Shown: positions 9,227-20,363 of the stretch, one piece after another
Numbering within the stretch: position 1 is the first letter of the stretch
How the letters are laid out: the number at the start of each line of letters is the position of its first letter
Assembly: GCA_047285805.1 (NCBI GenBank)
Contig: JBJBCN010000003.1
Span: forward strand, 128,001 to 192,000
Reading direction: 5' to 3'
Source: Synechococcus sp.
GTDB lineage: Bacteria; Cyanobacteriota; Cyanobacteriia; PCC-6307; Cyanobiaceae
DNA length: 64,000 nt
Translations under genes and position numbers: made by a program
The notes under the pieces: generated by a model
Seen by the model: only the letters and a program-made list of their open reading frames with translations
Told to the model about the DNA's origin: nothing
Databases searched by the model: none

Positions 9227-9619
9227 ATGTCGGCAGGATCTTCGGCCAACCCTGAGTCCCACTCTCAAGCCAATGTCCTTGCGTCATTAAGCCAAAGCCT
9301 GGAAGCGCTAAGCGCCATTGGCGAGTCCTTGACATTTCGATTGCTTGAACTTGAGCAAAGGCTCGGAGCTCTCGAAGACAGCACCAATCAACTTGGAAAG
9401 ATCGAGCCAACAGAAGGACTGCATCAAGAAACAGCCTCTACTCTTGAGGCCACTGAGCGCCGCATTGCCCGGCTTGAAGATTTACTCACCAACCCAACCC
9501 AGATCCAACAGGCACACTCTGAAGCTCTTGAAAAAGTTCAGAACGAAGAGGAGTTCATCGAAGAAAATCCATTCCCTGATGAAGTTGAACAGCCCTTTAT
9601 GGATGAATTCGCGGCTTGA
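9227..9619 (+). CDS. Coiled-coil hypothetical protein with acidic C-terminus
   Basis: ALSAIGESLTFRLLELEQRL, TERRIARLEDLL, ends EQPFMDEFAA. Confidence 0.75.
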   Translation: MSAGSSANPESHSQANVLASLSQSLEALSAIGESLTFRLLELEQRLGALEDSTNQLGKIEPTEGLHQETASTLEATERRIARLEDLLTNPTQIQQAHSEALEKVQNEEEFIEENPFPDEVEQPFMDEFAA

Positions 9620-9648
9620 ACAATGGCAGGAACCCAGGTCAAATCGAA

Positions 9649-9885
9649 CTAGAGACCAAAGAGACGAAGCCTGAAGTCAGCAACTTGGGCGGCGACCTTC
9701 GGATTGCTTAGAAAGAATGGATGATCAGAGCACGCCTGAATCGCCAGCTCTTTCTTCTCTTGCAAACTCAGATTGTCGTGAGCTCCCGTGCTCGCCTGGC
9801 GCTTGAAGGCGGCATCGAAGACCATCCCGAAACTGTCGGCGTTATCAAAGAGCTCACCCGGCTTGTCTGGAAGGCTGATTGGCAT
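9649..9885 (-). CDS. Small conserved hypothetical protein next to tRNA-Phe
   Basis: MPISLPDKPGELFDNADSFGMVFDAAF...HPFF..NP.VA.QVADFRLRL; the ORF-track extension upstream runs into the tRNA and was trimmed. Confidence 0.7.
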   Translation of the reverse strand: MPISLPDKPGELFDNADSFGMVFDAAFKRQASTGAHDNLSLQEKKELAIQACSDHPFFLSNPKVAAQVADFRLRLFGL

Positions 9886-9924
9886 AAGTACCATTCTACC
9901 AAGCGAAAATATTGAGCTGATGAA

Positions 9925-9997
9925 TGCCAGGACCCAGATTTGAACTGGGGACACGGCGATTTTCAATCGCCTGCTCTACCAACTGAGCTATCCCGGC
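9925..9997 (-). tRNA. trnF: tRNA-Phe(GAA)
   Basis: Reverse complement GCCGGGATAGCTCAGTTGGTAGAGCA-GGCGA-TTGAAAA-TCGCC-GTGTCCCCAGTTCAAATCTGGGTCCTGGCA; cloverleaf; CCA not encoded. Confidence 0.97.
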
Positions 9998-10063
9998 CCG
10001 TCGCTCGTGCGACGACCTAATCCTAGATCACAGCCCGCCCTCCCAGAGCCTTTGGGAAGGCCT

Positions 10064-10333
10064 TTAGGCCTTAGGCATGGCCCGCAACATGGAAACCAGC
10101 GTTCGGTGGGCGTCCTCACTATCGGTCAGGGTGTGGTCAAAGCGGACTTCCACGCAAGCGCCATCAACCTCAAGCTCCATCACCTCGGGACGGACGGCCA
10201 TCATCCGTGCCGAGACAGGTGCCTCGACACCTCCGTAGTGACGCGCATAGGCGAGAACGGCTTCGGCATGGTCGTCGTTCATGTGCTTACAAATCCGATC
10301 GCTCACGGCGGGAGTGAGAGGGTCAGCGGACAT
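10064..10333 (-). CDS. DUF2470 domain protein
   Basis: SDRICKHMNDDHAEAVLAYARHYG...FDHTL...AHRTLV motif. Confidence 0.85.
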   Translation of the reverse strand: MSADPLTPAVSDRICKHMNDDHAEAVLAYARHYGGVEAPVSARMMAVRPEVMELEVDGACVEVRFDHTLTDSEDAHRTLVSMLRAMPKA

Positions 10334-10375
10334 CGAGGCACAACAGCTCAAGGCGGATTGATTCTGCCCCCTTCC

Positions 10376-10495
10376 CTAGGCCCCTGCGAACCGCTGCCAC
10401 AGCAGAAGCCCCAGGCGGACACCGGAGAAGCCGACGTACCCCGCAAGAATCACGAACAACGCAATGGAGAGCCAGGAGGCGAGGCGTTCCTTCAC
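10376..10495 (-). CDS. Small single-TM membrane peptide (39 aa)
   Basis: GTG start overlapping the kinase stop (GTGA); [35 protein letters not shown]. Confidence 0.55.
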   Translation of the reverse strand: MKERLASWLSIALFVILAGYVGFSGVRLGLLLWQRFAGA

Positions 10496-11751
10496 AGGAG
10501 AGACATTGCAGAAAGTGCCAGTCTGGCCATGCCCGAAGCCGCGGTGGAGTGGGCTCGGTTCAGCACCGGAACCCCCAGGATCCGTTGACGGATCAGCCGC
10601 CACTGGGGATTGCGGGCCCCGCCCCCCAGGCTGATCACCCGCTGAATCGGCTCAGCCCCGACGCGATGGAGGGCCGCCCAGCCCTTGGCCTCGATCTCCG
10701 CCAAGCCCTCCAGCAGCCCCTGCAGATAGAGGGCATCGCTGATGGGCCGTGGCTCGAGGACCGGCGACAGGCTCGGGTCGTCCACCGGGAAGCGCTCCCC
10801 CGGGCGAGGCAGAGGCCGCAAGGTCAAGCCGCTGCTTCTGCGGGGATCGATCTGGCGGCTCAATTCAACGAGCAGGGCATCGGGAAAGAACTGGCGCAAG
10901 ACACCGGCCCCGGCGTTGGAGGCACCCCCGACGAGCCAGCGACCCGCAACGCGATGGGAACTGATGCCAGGGCCTGCTAGCGGAATCTCGGAAAATTGCT
11001 TGAGCACCAGGGTGGTGCCCAGCACCGTGATCCCATCGCCAGGCTGGGGATCAGCGGCCAACACCGCCGCGTTGGCATCGGTGCTACCCGCGACCACCTG
11101 GCAGGGGGCGGGCAATCCCAGGGCACTGCTGGCTTCCGAGGACAACGGACCGAGCACCACGCCCGACGCCACCACCTCAGGCAGGGCCCCACTCCAGGGC
11201 TGTTGAGCAATGACGCCCTGCCAGCGCCTCTGGCCCAGATCCCATCCCAAGCGGAGGTTGTTTCCCTCCTCACCGAATCGCCAATCCCCCAGCAGCCAAC
11301 CACTGAGCCAATCGGCTTGATGGCGCACGAGAAACCGCTCGCCGCTGGAGCTGGCGAGCAAGCGCAGCACCCGGGCTAAGCTTCCAGTGGCACTGCCCGC
11401 GGGCACCAAAGTGCTGCCCGCCAACTCAGCCGCCGCTTGGGCCTGCTCCGGGCAAGCGAGGAAATAGGGCAAAGCGCATCCGCGGGGATCCCCATTGGCT
11501 GCGCAGGCGAGGACAGTACCGGAGGTGCCATCGACGGCCACCGCCGCCACCCGATCACGCAGGTCCTCAGGAAGGGCGGCGCAGAGCGCGATTAACCCCT
11601 GTCGCCAGCCCAGGGGATCTTCAAAGGAGCCGGGGTAGTCGCTGGATCGCTCCGCTAACACGGTGCCGGAGCGATCCAGGACGGCCAAACGCAAGCCACT
11701 GGTACCCAGGTCAATTCCCAGGCCCAGGGGCTCACGGCCGGTTGCGATCAA
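10492..11751 (-). CDS. FGGY-family carbohydrate kinase
   Basis: [30 protein letters not shown] motifs. Confidence 0.92.
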   Translation of the reverse strand: MIATGREPLGLGIDLGTSGLRLAVLDRSGTVLAERSSDYPGSFEDPLGWRQGLIALCAALPEDLRDRVAAVAVDGTSGTVLACAANGDPRGCALPYFLACPEQAQAAAELAGSTLVPAGSATGSLARVLRLLASSSGERFLVRHQADWLSGWLLGDWRFGEEGNNLRLGWDLGQRRWQGVIAQQPWSGALPEVVASGVVLGPLSSEASSALGLPAPCQVVAGSTDANAAVLAADPQPGDGITVLGTTLVLKQFSEIPLAGPGISSHRVAGRWLVGGASNAGAGVLRQFFPDALLVELSRQIDPRRSSGLTLRPLPRPGERFPVDDPSLSPVLEPRPISDALYLQGLLEGLAEIEAKGWAALHRVGAEPIQRVISLGGGARNPQWRLIRQRILGVPVLNRAHSTAASGMARLALSAMSLL

Positions 11752-12983
11752 GCCGCTTGGGCTGCCTTCAAGATGGCGGCGACAGCGTCGACGTTCTCCC
11801 AGGGGAGGTTCAGATCACTGCGGCCAAAGTGGCCGTAGGCAGCCACGTCTTGATAGAAGGTTCCGCCACGCTGCTGGGGCAGATTGCGCAGGCTGAAGGT
11901 GTCGATGATCGCGCCGGGGCGCAGATCGAAGTGCTCCTGCACCAACGCGGTCAGCGCGTCATTGCTCACGACACCCGTGCCAAAGCTCTCCACCAGGATG
12001 CTGACGGGCTTGGCGACACCGATGGCGTAGCTCAGCTGCACTTCAGCCTTGCGGGCAAGACCAGCAGCCACGAGGGCCTTCGCCACATAACGGGCGGCGT
12101 AGGCCGCGGAGCGGTCCACCTTGGTGGGATCTTTGCCGGAGAAGGCGCCACCGCCGTGGCGGGCATAACCGCCGTAAGTATCCACGATGATTTTGCGGCC
12201 CGTCAGGCCAGCATCCCCTTGGGGGCCGCCGACCACAAATTTGCCGGTGGGGTTCACCAGGAAACGGGTACCGTCCTTGGAGGGCTTAAGGGTCAGGTCC
12301 GCGGTAGCCGGCTCAACCACATGGGCCCAGAGGTCAGCGGAGATGCGCTCGCGAATGGCCTTCTCCTCGCTCACTCCGTCGATCTCGGAGATGTGCTGGG
12401 TGGAGATCAAGATCGTGTCGATCGCCACGGGCTGGTCGTTCTCGTAGACGACGCTGACCTGGGTTTTGCCATCCGGCAGCAGGTACGGGAGGGTGCCGTT
12501 GTGGCGCACCTGGGCCAGGCGAAGGGAGAGACGGTGGGCCAGGCTGATGGGCAGCGGCATCAGCTCCGGCGTCTCGTTGCAGGCGTAGCCAAACATGATG
12601 CCCTGGTCTCCGGCACCCACCAAGTCCAGAGGATCCCCGGCGTGGTCGTCGGCCTCATTCACCCCCTGGGCGATGTCTGGCGACTGCTGATCAAGAGCCA
12701 CCAGAACAGCGCAGCTGTTGGCATCGAAACCACCAGCGCGGGCACCGGAGTAGCCAATCTTCTCGATTACACCGCGCACGAGCCCGATGTAATCGACCTT
12801 GGCGGTGGTCGTCACTTCGCCGGTGATCAGGCAAAGACCGGTGTTGACGACGGTTTCGCAGGCGACCCGAGAGGCGGTGTCCTGGGCCAACAGGGCGTCC
12901 AGCACCGCATCGCTCACCTGGTCGCAGATCTTGTCGGGGTGACCTTCGGTCACCGACTCCGAGGTGAAGACGTAACGGCTCAT
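11748..12983 (-). CDS. metK: S-adenosylmethionine synthetase
   Basis: [38 protein letters not shown] at 12983. Confidence 0.98.
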   Translation of the reverse strand: MSRYVFTSESVTEGHPDKICDQVSDAVLDALLAQDTASRVACETVVNTGLCLITGEVTTTAKVDYIGLVRGVIEKIGYSGARAGGFDANSCAVLVALDQQSPDIAQGVNEADDHAGDPLDLVGAGDQGIMFGYACNETPELMPLPISLAHRLSLRLAQVRHNGTLPYLLPDGKTQVSVVYENDQPVAIDTILISTQHISEIDGVSEEKAIRERISADLWAHVVEPATADLTLKPSKDGTRFLVNPTGKFVVGGPQGDAGLTGRKIIVDTYGGYARHGGGAFSGKDPTKVDRSAAYAARYVAKALVAAGLARKAEVQLSYAIGVAKPVSILVESFGTGVVSNDALTALVQEHFDLRPGAIIDTFSLRNLPQQRGGTFYQDVAAYGHFGRSDLNLPWENVDAVAAILKAAQAA

Positions 12984-13015
12984 GCCTGAACTGGTCGGTT
13001 CATTTGAGAGCCAAC

Positions 13016-13798
13016 CTAGGGGAAAGAGCCCACACTCAATTCGCTCCAGGCATGCACCAGGGGATGGGGTTCCGCTAACGGGGGCGGTGTGCGCCAAGCC
13101 GCTGTGTAGCCCAAGGCCAAGGGATGGGGGATCCCCGCAGCAACGGCCATGCGTAGATCGCTGTTGGCATCGCCGATCAGGGCACAGCGATTCGGCTGAA
13201 CACCCAGCTCTGCACAGAGGCCATGCACTGCCGCAGGGTCAGGTTTGCGGGGACGATGCTCCGCGCTCCAAAGGCCCGAGAAGAACGAGCGCAGGCCGTG
13301 GGCGGCCAAAAAGTGCTCAATGCCGGCCATGTCGTCGTTGCTGATCACGGCGCAACGCACCCCGGCTGCCTGCAATTGCTCAAGCCATGGCACGAGCCCC
13401 TCGGTGGTGGAGCTCGTCGGGGTCGAGGAAGCGGCTGAGCGGCGGGCATCGGCGGCATCGGCCTGGGCAAACACCTCCTCGCTGATCGCCAGCGCCTCAG
13501 GCCAGCCCAAACCCACTTGAACCAGAGCCGTCGCCGTGGCGATCAGGTTGTGGTCGCGGCACGCTACCGCCGTGATCCCGGTCGGACAGACGCCTTCAGA
13601 CCGCAAGCCATAGGCGCGTTTAAGCAAATCCATGAGCGTCTCACGCCGCTCATCGGGGACGTGCTCCAGACAGAGAAAAACCCTGGCTTCAGCCAGGGTG
13701 AACAGCTGGGGCTCACTGATGCTGAGGGTACCGTCCTTGTCGAACAGCACCGAATCAATGGCTCCAAGCTCCGTGCCACGCAACAGGAGCTCAACCAT
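13016..13798 (-). CDS. HAD-superfamily hydrolase
   Basis: [20 protein letters not shown] motifs. Confidence 0.9.
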   Translation of the reverse strand: MVELLLRGTELGAIDSVLFDKDGTLSISEPQLFTLAEARVFLCLEHVPDERRETLMDLLKRAYGLRSEGVCPTGITAVACRDHNLIATATALVQVGLGWPEALAISEEVFAQADAADARRSAASSTPTSSTTEGLVPWLEQLQAAGVRCAVISNDDMAGIEHFLAAHGLRSFFSGLWSAEHRPRKPDPAAVHGLCAELGVQPNRCALIGDANSDLRMAVAAGIPHPLALGYTAAWRTPPPLAEPHPLVHAWSELSVGSFP

Positions 13799-13807
13799 GA
13801 CTCAGCT

Positions 13808-14872
13808 TCACTCGTAAGCCATTTCGCCGTCTTCAGCCTGCTCAAGCAGCATTTGCTTGTAGCGGGCTGCCATTTCCTCAGCCTTCTCGAAGACCTTCTG
13901 GGGATCGGTGAGCATGTCACCGGGCTCGGGCTCAAGAGCTTTGGTGGAGAGGGAGATCCGACCGCGCTCGGCGTCGAGATCGATGATCATCACCTTCATC
14001 TGATCGTTGACATTGAGCACCGTGTGGGGGGTCTCAATGTGCTCGTGACTGATCTCGGAGATGTGCAGCAGGCCGCTAACACCGCCGATGTCGATGAATG
14101 CGCCGTAGGGCTTGATGCCGCGGACGGTACCGATCACCACTTCGCCCACCTCGAGGCGGTTCATCTTGCGTTCAACCAGAGCGCGGCGATGGCTGAGGAC
14201 GAGGCGGTTCCGCTCTTCATCCACTTCAAGGAACTTCAGAGGCAGGAATTCAGCAACCAGCTCTTCCTTGGGCTTGCGGGTGCTGATGTGGCTACCGGGG
14301 ATGAAGCCGCGAAGACCTTCCACACGCACCAGTGCACCACCACGGTTTGTGGCGAAGACTTCGCTGTAGATGGTGGCGTCTTCCTTCTGGAGCTGACGCA
14401 CCCGCTCCCAAGCCCGCTGGTACTCAATCCGACGGATCGAGAGGGTGAGCTGACCGTCTTCGTTCTCTTCGCTGAGAATGAAGAACTCGCGCTCTTCACC
14501 AGGCTCGAGCACGTCGCTGATGTGCTCAACACGGTTGATCGACACCTCCTGCATGGGCATGAAGGCGGCGGTCTTCGCGCCGATGTCGATCATGGAGCCC
14601 TTTGGCTCGATGGCGAACACGGTGCCCTTCACCACGTCGCCAGGCTTGAAGTTGTAGTCGTACTTGCTCAGCAGCGACGCGAACTCATCCAGGGTGAAGC
14701 CAACGCCGTCGAGGTCGCGAGCCACAGCACGGCTGCTGGGATCGTCGGCGCTGGGCACCTCTTCCGGAATGTCTAGATCGAGCTCAGCAGCAGCATCAGT
14801 GACGTCTTGATCGACAGCCTCTACGGCCACGTCGGTCTCGCTGGTGTTGAGATCGGAAGGGGTCACGGTCAT
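13808..14872 (-). CDS. rpsA: 30S ribosomal protein S1 (cyanobacterial 3-domain form)
   Basis: KYDYNFKPGDVV, LRGFIPGSHIS, GLLHISEISH. Confidence 0.95.
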   Translation of the reverse strand: MTVTPSDLNTSETDVAVEAVDQDVTDAAAELDLDIPEEVPSADDPSSRAVARDLDGVGFTLDEFASLLSKYDYNFKPGDVVKGTVFAIEPKGSMIDIGAKTAAFMPMQEVSINRVEHISDVLEPGEEREFFILSEENEDGQLTLSIRRIEYQRAWERVRQLQKEDATIYSEVFATNRGGALVRVEGLRGFIPGSHISTRKPKEELVAEFLPLKFLEVDEERNRLVLSHRRALVERKMNRLEVGEVVIGTVRGIKPYGAFIDIGGVSGLLHISEISHEHIETPHTVLNVNDQMKVMIIDLDAERGRISLSTKALEPEPGDMLTDPQKVFEKAEEMAARYKQMLLEQAEDGEMAYE

Positions 14873-14988
14873 GGAGAGTTGGCGGACTGCCCAAGGCAGC
14901 GCGAAGGAACCAATGCGTCGGCCGCCACCGGCGCAGGGGAATCCAAAACTATAGAGGTCTGCTGCCGCCGCTCCTGATCGGCGAAGCG

Positions 14989-15471
14989 CTAGCCGACCGC
15001 CGCGAGCGCTTTGCCCTTGGGCTTGTGATTTAAGCCATCCAGCGTGGCCACGAAATCAGCAACGCTCTGGAACTGACGGTAGACCGACGCGAAGCGGATG
15101 TAGGCGACATCGCTCATCCCTGCCAGGTGCTGCAGGGCCAATTCACCGATGTCCCGACTGGAGACTTCTCGGCCGCTACGGCTCTGGAGCTCCAGCTCCA
15201 GCTCGTCAACGACAAGTTCCAGGCGGCTGGGCTCGAGCCCAGTCTTGTCGCAAGCCCGAAGCAGACCGCGGAGCAGCTTACCGCGATTGAACACTTCTCG
15301 ATTGCCATTACGCTTAAGGACCGTGATCGGCACGGTCTCCACCCGTTCATAGGTGGTGAAGCGAAACTCGCAATTCAGGCACTCTCGACGGCGGCGCACA
15401 CTGCGACCGGTGTCCGCGGACCGCGATTCAAGAACGCGGCTATCGGTGTGCTGACAGGAGGGGCACTGCAT
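14989..15471 (-). CDS. nrdR: Transcriptional repressor NrdR
   Basis: MQCPSC...SRVLESR...[25 protein letters not shown]. Confidence 0.96.
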   Translation of the reverse strand: MQCPSCQHTDSRVLESRSADTGRSVRRRRECLNCEFRFTTYERVETVPITVLKRNGNREVFNRGKLLRGLLRACDKTGLEPSRLELVVDELELELQSRSGREVSSRDIGELALQHLAGMSDVAYIRFASVYRQFQSVADFVATLDGLNHKPKGKALAAVG

Positions 15472-15672
15472 GCCCGAAGTTCCGCCGGAGAAGTTGATCA
15501 AGTTTAGACAGAACAATTCCCTTTGAGAAGGGCTACTGCCACTTGGGTCTTACCAAGCAACAGTTCAACTCACCACATCAACGGATGAGACTCAGCGCTC
15601 AACAAGGGCCGGGCAAGTCGACATGAGATTGATTTGAGAGCCTCAGCTCCGTTGACATGATCGCCTGACATG

Positions 15673-15699
15673 AAAAAACCCCCGCCTATGGCGGGGGTT
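15673..15699 (-). terminator. Rho-independent terminator of psbB-psbT
   Basis: AAAAAACCCCCGCC-tat-GGCGGGGGTT. Confidence 0.85.
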
Positions 15700-15720
15700 G
15701 CAGGACTGAGAAGAGTCGAA

Positions 15721-15816
15721 TCACTTACCAATCTTCGGGGGGTCGCGGAAGGCGATCGCGAAGAAAAGTGTGGAGATGGCTAATGCCAGGATGAGGATGT
15801 AAGCAAAGCTTTCCAT
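15721..15816 (-). CDS. psbT: Photosystem II protein PsbT
   Basis: Manual translation [39 protein letters not shown]; directly downstream of psbB. Confidence 0.97.
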   Translation of the reverse strand: MESFAYILILALAISTLFFAIAFRDPPKIGK

Positions 15817-15834
15817 GAATTACCTCCGAAGCGC

Positions 15835-17394
15835 TCAGCTGAGTGTGGTGCGTGCGGGGGGCACGTAGCCCTCCGGCAGGCGACGGGTGGAGCGGTCGCC
15901 CAGTTTCTGGAAGAGACCAAACTCAACCTGCTCACCGAGATCGGGATCGATACCGGCGAAAACATCGCGGTACAGGGTGCGAGCACCGTGCCATATGTGA
16001 CCGAAGAAGAACAGCAACGCAAAGCAGGCATGGCCGAAGGTGAACCAGCCGCGGGGGGAGCTGCGGAAGGTGCCGTCGGAGTGATAGGTCTCGCGATCAA
16101 ATTCGAACGCTTCACCCAGTTGTGCTTTGCGAGCCAGGCGCTTCACGTCAGAGGGATCGGTGAAGGTCTGACCGTTGAGCGCACCGCCGTAGACGGTTGC
16201 GGTCACGCCGGTCTGCTCAAAGGAGTACTTCGCTTCAGCGCGGCGGAAGGGAATGTCAGCGCGGACTATGCCTTGGCTGTCTTCAAGAACCACAGGGAAG
16301 TTCTCGAAGAAGTTGGGCAGACGGCGCACCTCGAGGTCGCGGCCATTGTTGTCGGTGAAGGCGATGTGACCTAGCCAGCCAGTAGGGAGTCCATCACCGT
16401 TGACCATCGGACCGACGCGGAACAGACCGCCCTTGGCAGGGCTGTTACCGACGTAGTCGTAGAAGGCCAGTTTTTCAGGAATCTGGGCGTAGGCCTGTTC
16501 CTTCGTGGCGCCGTTGTCCAAAGCGGTCTGAACGCGGCGATTGATCTCGGTCTTGAAGTAGCCCTGATCCCACTGATAGCGGGTCGGACCAAAGAGCTCG
16601 ATGGGGGTTGCTGCAGCGCCGTACCACATAGTTCCAGCCACGATGAAGGCGGCAAAGAACACGGCTGCGATTGCACTCGAGAGCACCGTCTCGATGTTGC
16701 CCATACGAAGAGCCTTGTAAAGGCGCTCGGGCGGACGAGTGGTGATGTGGAAGACACCAGCAATGATGCCGACGATGCCAGCAGCAATGTGGTGGGCAAC
16801 AATTCCACCAGGATTGAAGGGGTTGAACCCTTCAGGGCCCCATGAAGGCTGGACAGCCTCAAGGTGTCCGGTCACGCCGTAGGAGTCAGAGACCCACATG
16901 CCCGGACCAAAGACGCCGGTGAGGTGGAAGGCACCAAAGCTGAAGCAACCGAGGCCAGCAAGCAGCAGGTGAATACCGAAAATTTTGGGTAGATCAAGGG
17001 CAGGCTCGCCAGTGCGAGGGTCCTGCCAGATCTCTAGATCCCAGTAGGTCCAGTGCCAAATGGCAGCCAGCATCAGCAGGCCACTGAAAACGATGTGAGC
17101 AGCTGCCACACCTTCGAAACTCCAGAAGCCGGGGTCCACACCGGTTGCACCGGTGATACTCCAGCCGCCCCAGCTATCCGTCACGCCCAGGCGAGCCATG
17201 AACGGCATGACAAACATGCCCTGGCGCCACATGGGGTTGAGCACAGGGTCGGAGGGATCGAAGATGGCCAGCTCATAGAGCGCCATGGAGCCGGCCCAGC
17301 CGGCGACCAAAGCAGTGTGCATGAGGTGCACGGCGAGCAAACGGCCCGGGTCGTTAATCACGACCGTGTGCACCCGATACCAGGGCAATCCCAT
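15835..17394 (-). CDS. psbB: Photosystem II CP47 protein
   Basis: [19 protein letters not shown]...; full length. Confidence 0.99.
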   Translation of the reverse strand: MGLPWYRVHTVVINDPGRLLAVHLMHTALVAGWAGSMALYELAIFDPSDPVLNPMWRQGMFVMPFMARLGVTDSWGGWSITGATGVDPGFWSFEGVAAAHIVFSGLLMLAAIWHWTYWDLEIWQDPRTGEPALDLPKIFGIHLLLAGLGCFSFGAFHLTGVFGPGMWVSDSYGVTGHLEAVQPSWGPEGFNPFNPGGIVAHHIAAGIVGIIAGVFHITTRPPERLYKALRMGNIETVLSSAIAAVFFAAFIVAGTMWYGAAATPIELFGPTRYQWDQGYFKTEINRRVQTALDNGATKEQAYAQIPEKLAFYDYVGNSPAKGGLFRVGPMVNGDGLPTGWLGHIAFTDNNGRDLEVRRLPNFFENFPVVLEDSQGIVRADIPFRRAEAKYSFEQTGVTATVYGGALNGQTFTDPSDVKRLARKAQLGEAFEFDRETYHSDGTFRSSPRGWFTFGHACFALLFFFGHIWHGARTLYRDVFAGIDPDLGEQVEFGLFQKLGDRSTRRLPEGYVPPARTTLS

Positions 17395-17671
17395 GGGGGT
17401 CAGGTCCGAGGAAACATCGAGCCTTCCGCTTCAGAAAACCGAAACCGGAAGTCAGCGCGATCAGGTTTTGCCAGCGAAAGCAAGCAAATCGTTGATCCGT
17501 GCTCGCGATCGTAAGGGTTTCAGCTGACGGAACGTTTTCAAGGGTCGCGAGCTGAAACGTGCCGTGACGGGAAAACGGCGCTGTAGCCCCAGGGAGCGCT
17601 CTTCACGGCAAAGCCGCGGTTACAAATCGCAATCCATTCCCTCAGAATGAAGAGATTCCGCCGCCGCCGCC

Positions 17672-18130
17672 ATGCCCGTCATTCGCTTCGTTCGTGAGGG
17701 ACGGGATGTGGAGTGCTATCCCGGCGAGAACCTGCGAGAGGTCGCCCTGCGTGAAGGCGTGGAGCTCTATGGCCTCAAAGGCCAGCTCGGGAACTGCGGT
17801 GGTTGCGGTCAGTGCATCACCTGTTTCGTCGATGTGGTGGATGAGAGCACTCCCGGAAGCCTGAGCGGCAGAACCGCCGTTGAGGAGCAGAAGTTGCGCC
17901 GCCGGCCTCAAACCTGGCGGCTGGCCTGCCAGAGCCTGGTCCAACAATCGGTCCTCGTGCTGACTCGGCCCCAGGTGCGCTTTGGCGATGCCGAGCAACG
18001 GATTGCGACCGCGAAAGCCAACCCTCTACCAGCAGGTCCCACCACCTGGCCTGAACCTCCAAGCCAGGAGGAGGAAGCCATGGAAACCACTGCCGAGGGA
18101 GAAAGCACAACGACGGATGAAGAGGCCTGA
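17672..18130 (+). CDS. 2Fe-2S ferredoxin-like protein
   Basis: NCGGCGQCITC...RLAC. Confidence 0.9.
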   Translation: MPVIRFVREGRDVECYPGENLREVALREGVELYGLKGQLGNCGGCGQCITCFVDVVDESTPGSLSGRTAVEEQKLRRRPQTWRLACQSLVQQSVLVLTRPQVRFGDAEQRIATAKANPLPAGPTTWPEPPSQEEEAMETTAEGESTTTDEEA

Positions 18131-18178
18131 TCAAGCCCCATTGGCGGTGATACGGTCACTTGGCTCAAGACTTTTGCG

Positions 18179-18283
18179 ATGGAAACCAACGACCTCGGCT
18201 TCGTCGCCAGCCTGATGTTCGTGCTGGTGCCGACGGTGTTCTTGATTGTTCTGTATATCCAGACCAGCAGCCGCCAGAGCTGA
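18179..18283 (+). CDS. psbM: Photosystem II protein PsbM
   Basis: Manual translation [34 protein letters not shown]. Confidence 0.97.
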   Translation: METNDLGFVASLMFVLVPTVFLIVLYIQTSSRQS

Positions 18284-18451
18284 TCCGATCCAATTGGTTT
18301 CATTGGCCCTGGATGCTCCTTGATGCATCCGGGCTTTTCTTTTTCACTGCAACAGACCGTTTAGGGATCAACAAACAACGCCCATGGCCAAACGGTCCGG
18401 GCGTTGTTGGTATCAAGCGGCGATCCAAAAAGGATTGAACCGTCTTGATGC

Positions 18452-19300
18452 TCAACCGCGAGCTTCGGGCTCCCGAACAAGCAGAACCGGAGCAGGGGCG
18501 TGCACTCGGATGTAGTCGCTGACCGAGGAGCCCAACAGGCGATCGATATCGACAAGACCACGGGCCACCAGCGGTCGCCGGTCCTGGGAAGCGATCACGA
18601 CCAAATCAGCGTTGTGTGCTTCAGCGGCCTGACAGAAACCGCGGCCAACTTCACCGGTGCCGTGGATCGCTTTCATCTCAACACCAAAACCACGGGCCCG
18701 TTGCACAGCCTTCTCCAGCAATTCATCTGCAGGGGTTTGACCACCACGGGTGGGGATGATGTCCTGGCGGCTGATATGAATGCCGGTCAACGAGCTGCCG
18801 GGAACATCGCGCACTAGCTCACAGGCCAGCTTTAAGGCGTCATCACCGACCCCGGTGCCATCAATCGCCACCATGACGCGATTGATATGACGAACGTAGA
18901 GGTCATCTCGCACCAGCAACATCGGCCGGGTCGAGAGCTGAAAGACGTACTGACTGGCGCTGTTGCTCAGGATCGACTGAAGCCGGCCGAGGCCCCGAGA
19001 CCCCATCACGATCAAATCAGCATTCAATTCATCGGCCACCTTCAACACCGTTTGTTTGGTGTCGCCTTGGCGAATGATCGTGTTGACCTCAGCCGGATTC
19101 AATCGCAGCCGCTGAACAGCCTCAGCGACGATGCCGGCTGCTTTCTGGGAATGCTCGGAATAGTCCTGACCAGCCTGCTCCGTAACCACATGCAGGAGGT
19201 TGATGCGGGCCTGTCGCACGGTCGGGATGGCGCGCAGCATGCGCACCATCTCCTCGACATGACCTTTGCCTGAATCGGCGATCAAAAGATTGCGAAACAC
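18452..19300 (-). CDS. Universal stress protein (tandem USP domains)
   Basis: ADLIVMGSRG...SASQYV; ADLVVIAS...GSSVSDYIRVHAPAPVLLV. Confidence 0.92.
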   Translation of the reverse strand: MFRNLLIADSGKGHVEEMVRMLRAIPTVRQARINLLHVVTEQAGQDYSEHSQKAAGIVAEAVQRLRLNPAEVNTIIRQGDTKQTVLKVADELNADLIVMGSRGLGRLQSILSNSASQYVFQLSTRPMLLVRDDLYVRHINRVMVAIDGTGVGDDALKLACELVRDVPGSSLTGIHISRQDIIPTRGGQTPADELLEKAVQRARGFGVEMKAIHGTGEVGRGFCQAAEAHNADLVVIASQDRRPLVARGLVDIDRLLGSSVSDYIRVHAPAPVLLVREPEARG

Positions 19301-19366
19301 ATCCCAGGGGCGCGTTGGGGCAGCCTATGGCTGATTGGCCAACAACCTGGACTTGTGCACGAGACC

Positions 19367-19870
19367 GTGACGGAGCAGCAACATCAACGCCCTTGGCAGA
19401 TCGAGCGAGCGGTTCTTCCGCAACACACCGACCACGCCGGGGTGATGTGGCATGGCAGTTATATGGCATGGCTGGAGGAGGCCCGAGTGGAGGCCCTCCG
19501 CCAAGCGGGCTTGGCCTACAGCGACCTCTCCGAACGCGGATTAGAAATGCCCGTGATCTCCCTCAAAGTCGACTACCGCAAAGCCCTATTGCACGGAGAG
19601 TCCGTGCGGGTGGAGAGCTGGGTACTGGCCCAAAAGGGGGTCAAACTGCCCTGGCGCAGCACCTTCCTGAAGGCGGATGGAAGCGTGGCCGCTGAGGCAC
19701 ATGTGGAACTGGTGCTGGTGGAGCTGAGCCAAGGCCCTAGCCAACGGCGACTGTTGCGCAGACCACCCGAGGACCTAAGGCAAGCGCTAGAGCAGCTAAG
19801 GGAAGGCCCAAGTCACGACACAATTGTCGCACCTTTGGACGGATGCCTTTCAGGTATTGAGCCTACGTAG
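19367..19870 (+). CDS. Acyl-CoA thioesterase (YbgC/4HBT family)
   Basis: VLPQHTDHAGVMWHGSYMAWLEEAR. Confidence 0.9.
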   Translation: MTEQQHQRPWQIERAVLPQHTDHAGVMWHGSYMAWLEEARVEALRQAGLAYSDLSERGLEMPVISLKVDYRKALLHGESVRVESWVLAQKGVKLPWRSTFLKADGSVAAEAHVELVLVELSQGPSQRRLLRRPPEDLRQALEQLREGPSHDTIVAPLDGCLSGIEPT

Positions 19871-19937
19871 AACAAATCCGCCGAACGCAACAGCTCATAC
19901 AGAAGCCAACACCCACCGCCAGAGCCCAAGAATAGTG

Positions 19938-20363
19938 CTAACCCCACACTTCAAAAACACCATCAACGGGTCTCCCTTGCTTGAGTCCGCCCCAATTGAT
20001 GGTCTCGAGGAAAGCGCCTCCATCCTCAGTCTCCACTACGTCGACACCCCAGCAGCCCTCTTGGAGAGGTGATCCCGGCATACCCGGGCTGTCTTTACGC
20101 CCTCCCAGTGCAAGAAGCTCATGGTCCGCTCCATGTCCCAACATCTTTCGCATGGCACGCCATGCGCGGGGCAGTTCCACGGCTAGAGCACTGGCATCCA
20201 ACTCCGAATCAACACGCACGAGCCAATGGGGGTGATCTAGTGGTTCTGCTGTGTCGATGTACTGGCTGCTCGCTTGCAATGTCTCAGCCAGAACTGCGGG
20301 TGCAAGGCTTGGCACGGCTTGGGCTTGAACCTGCAGATTGTGCGAGATAACAAAGCAGGTCAT
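19938..20363 (-). CDS. DUF2656-family protein
   Basis: FVISHNLQ, LDHPHWLV, LALGGRKDS..SPLQ..WGVDVVET. Confidence 0.8.
   Translation of the reverse strand: MTCFVISHNLQVQAQAVPSLAPAVLAETLQASSQYIDTAEPLDHPHWLVRVDSELDASALAVELPRAWRAMRKMLGHGADHELLALGGRKDSPGMPGSPLQEGCWGVDVVETEDGGAFLETINWGGLKQGRPVDGVFEVWG

Noticed and set aside
9886..9966. N-terminal extension of ORF 9649..9966
   Set aside because: It overlaps tRNA-Phe; the real start is more likely 9885 or 9894
12984..13015. SAM riboswitch before metK, or cobalamin riboswitch before cobJ
   Set aside because: Intergenic space is only 32 nt for metK, and cobJ overlaps its upstream gene
15472..15672. Short ORFs between the psbT terminator and nrdR
   Set aside because: Only 19-35 codon frames with no support; probably the nrdR promoter region
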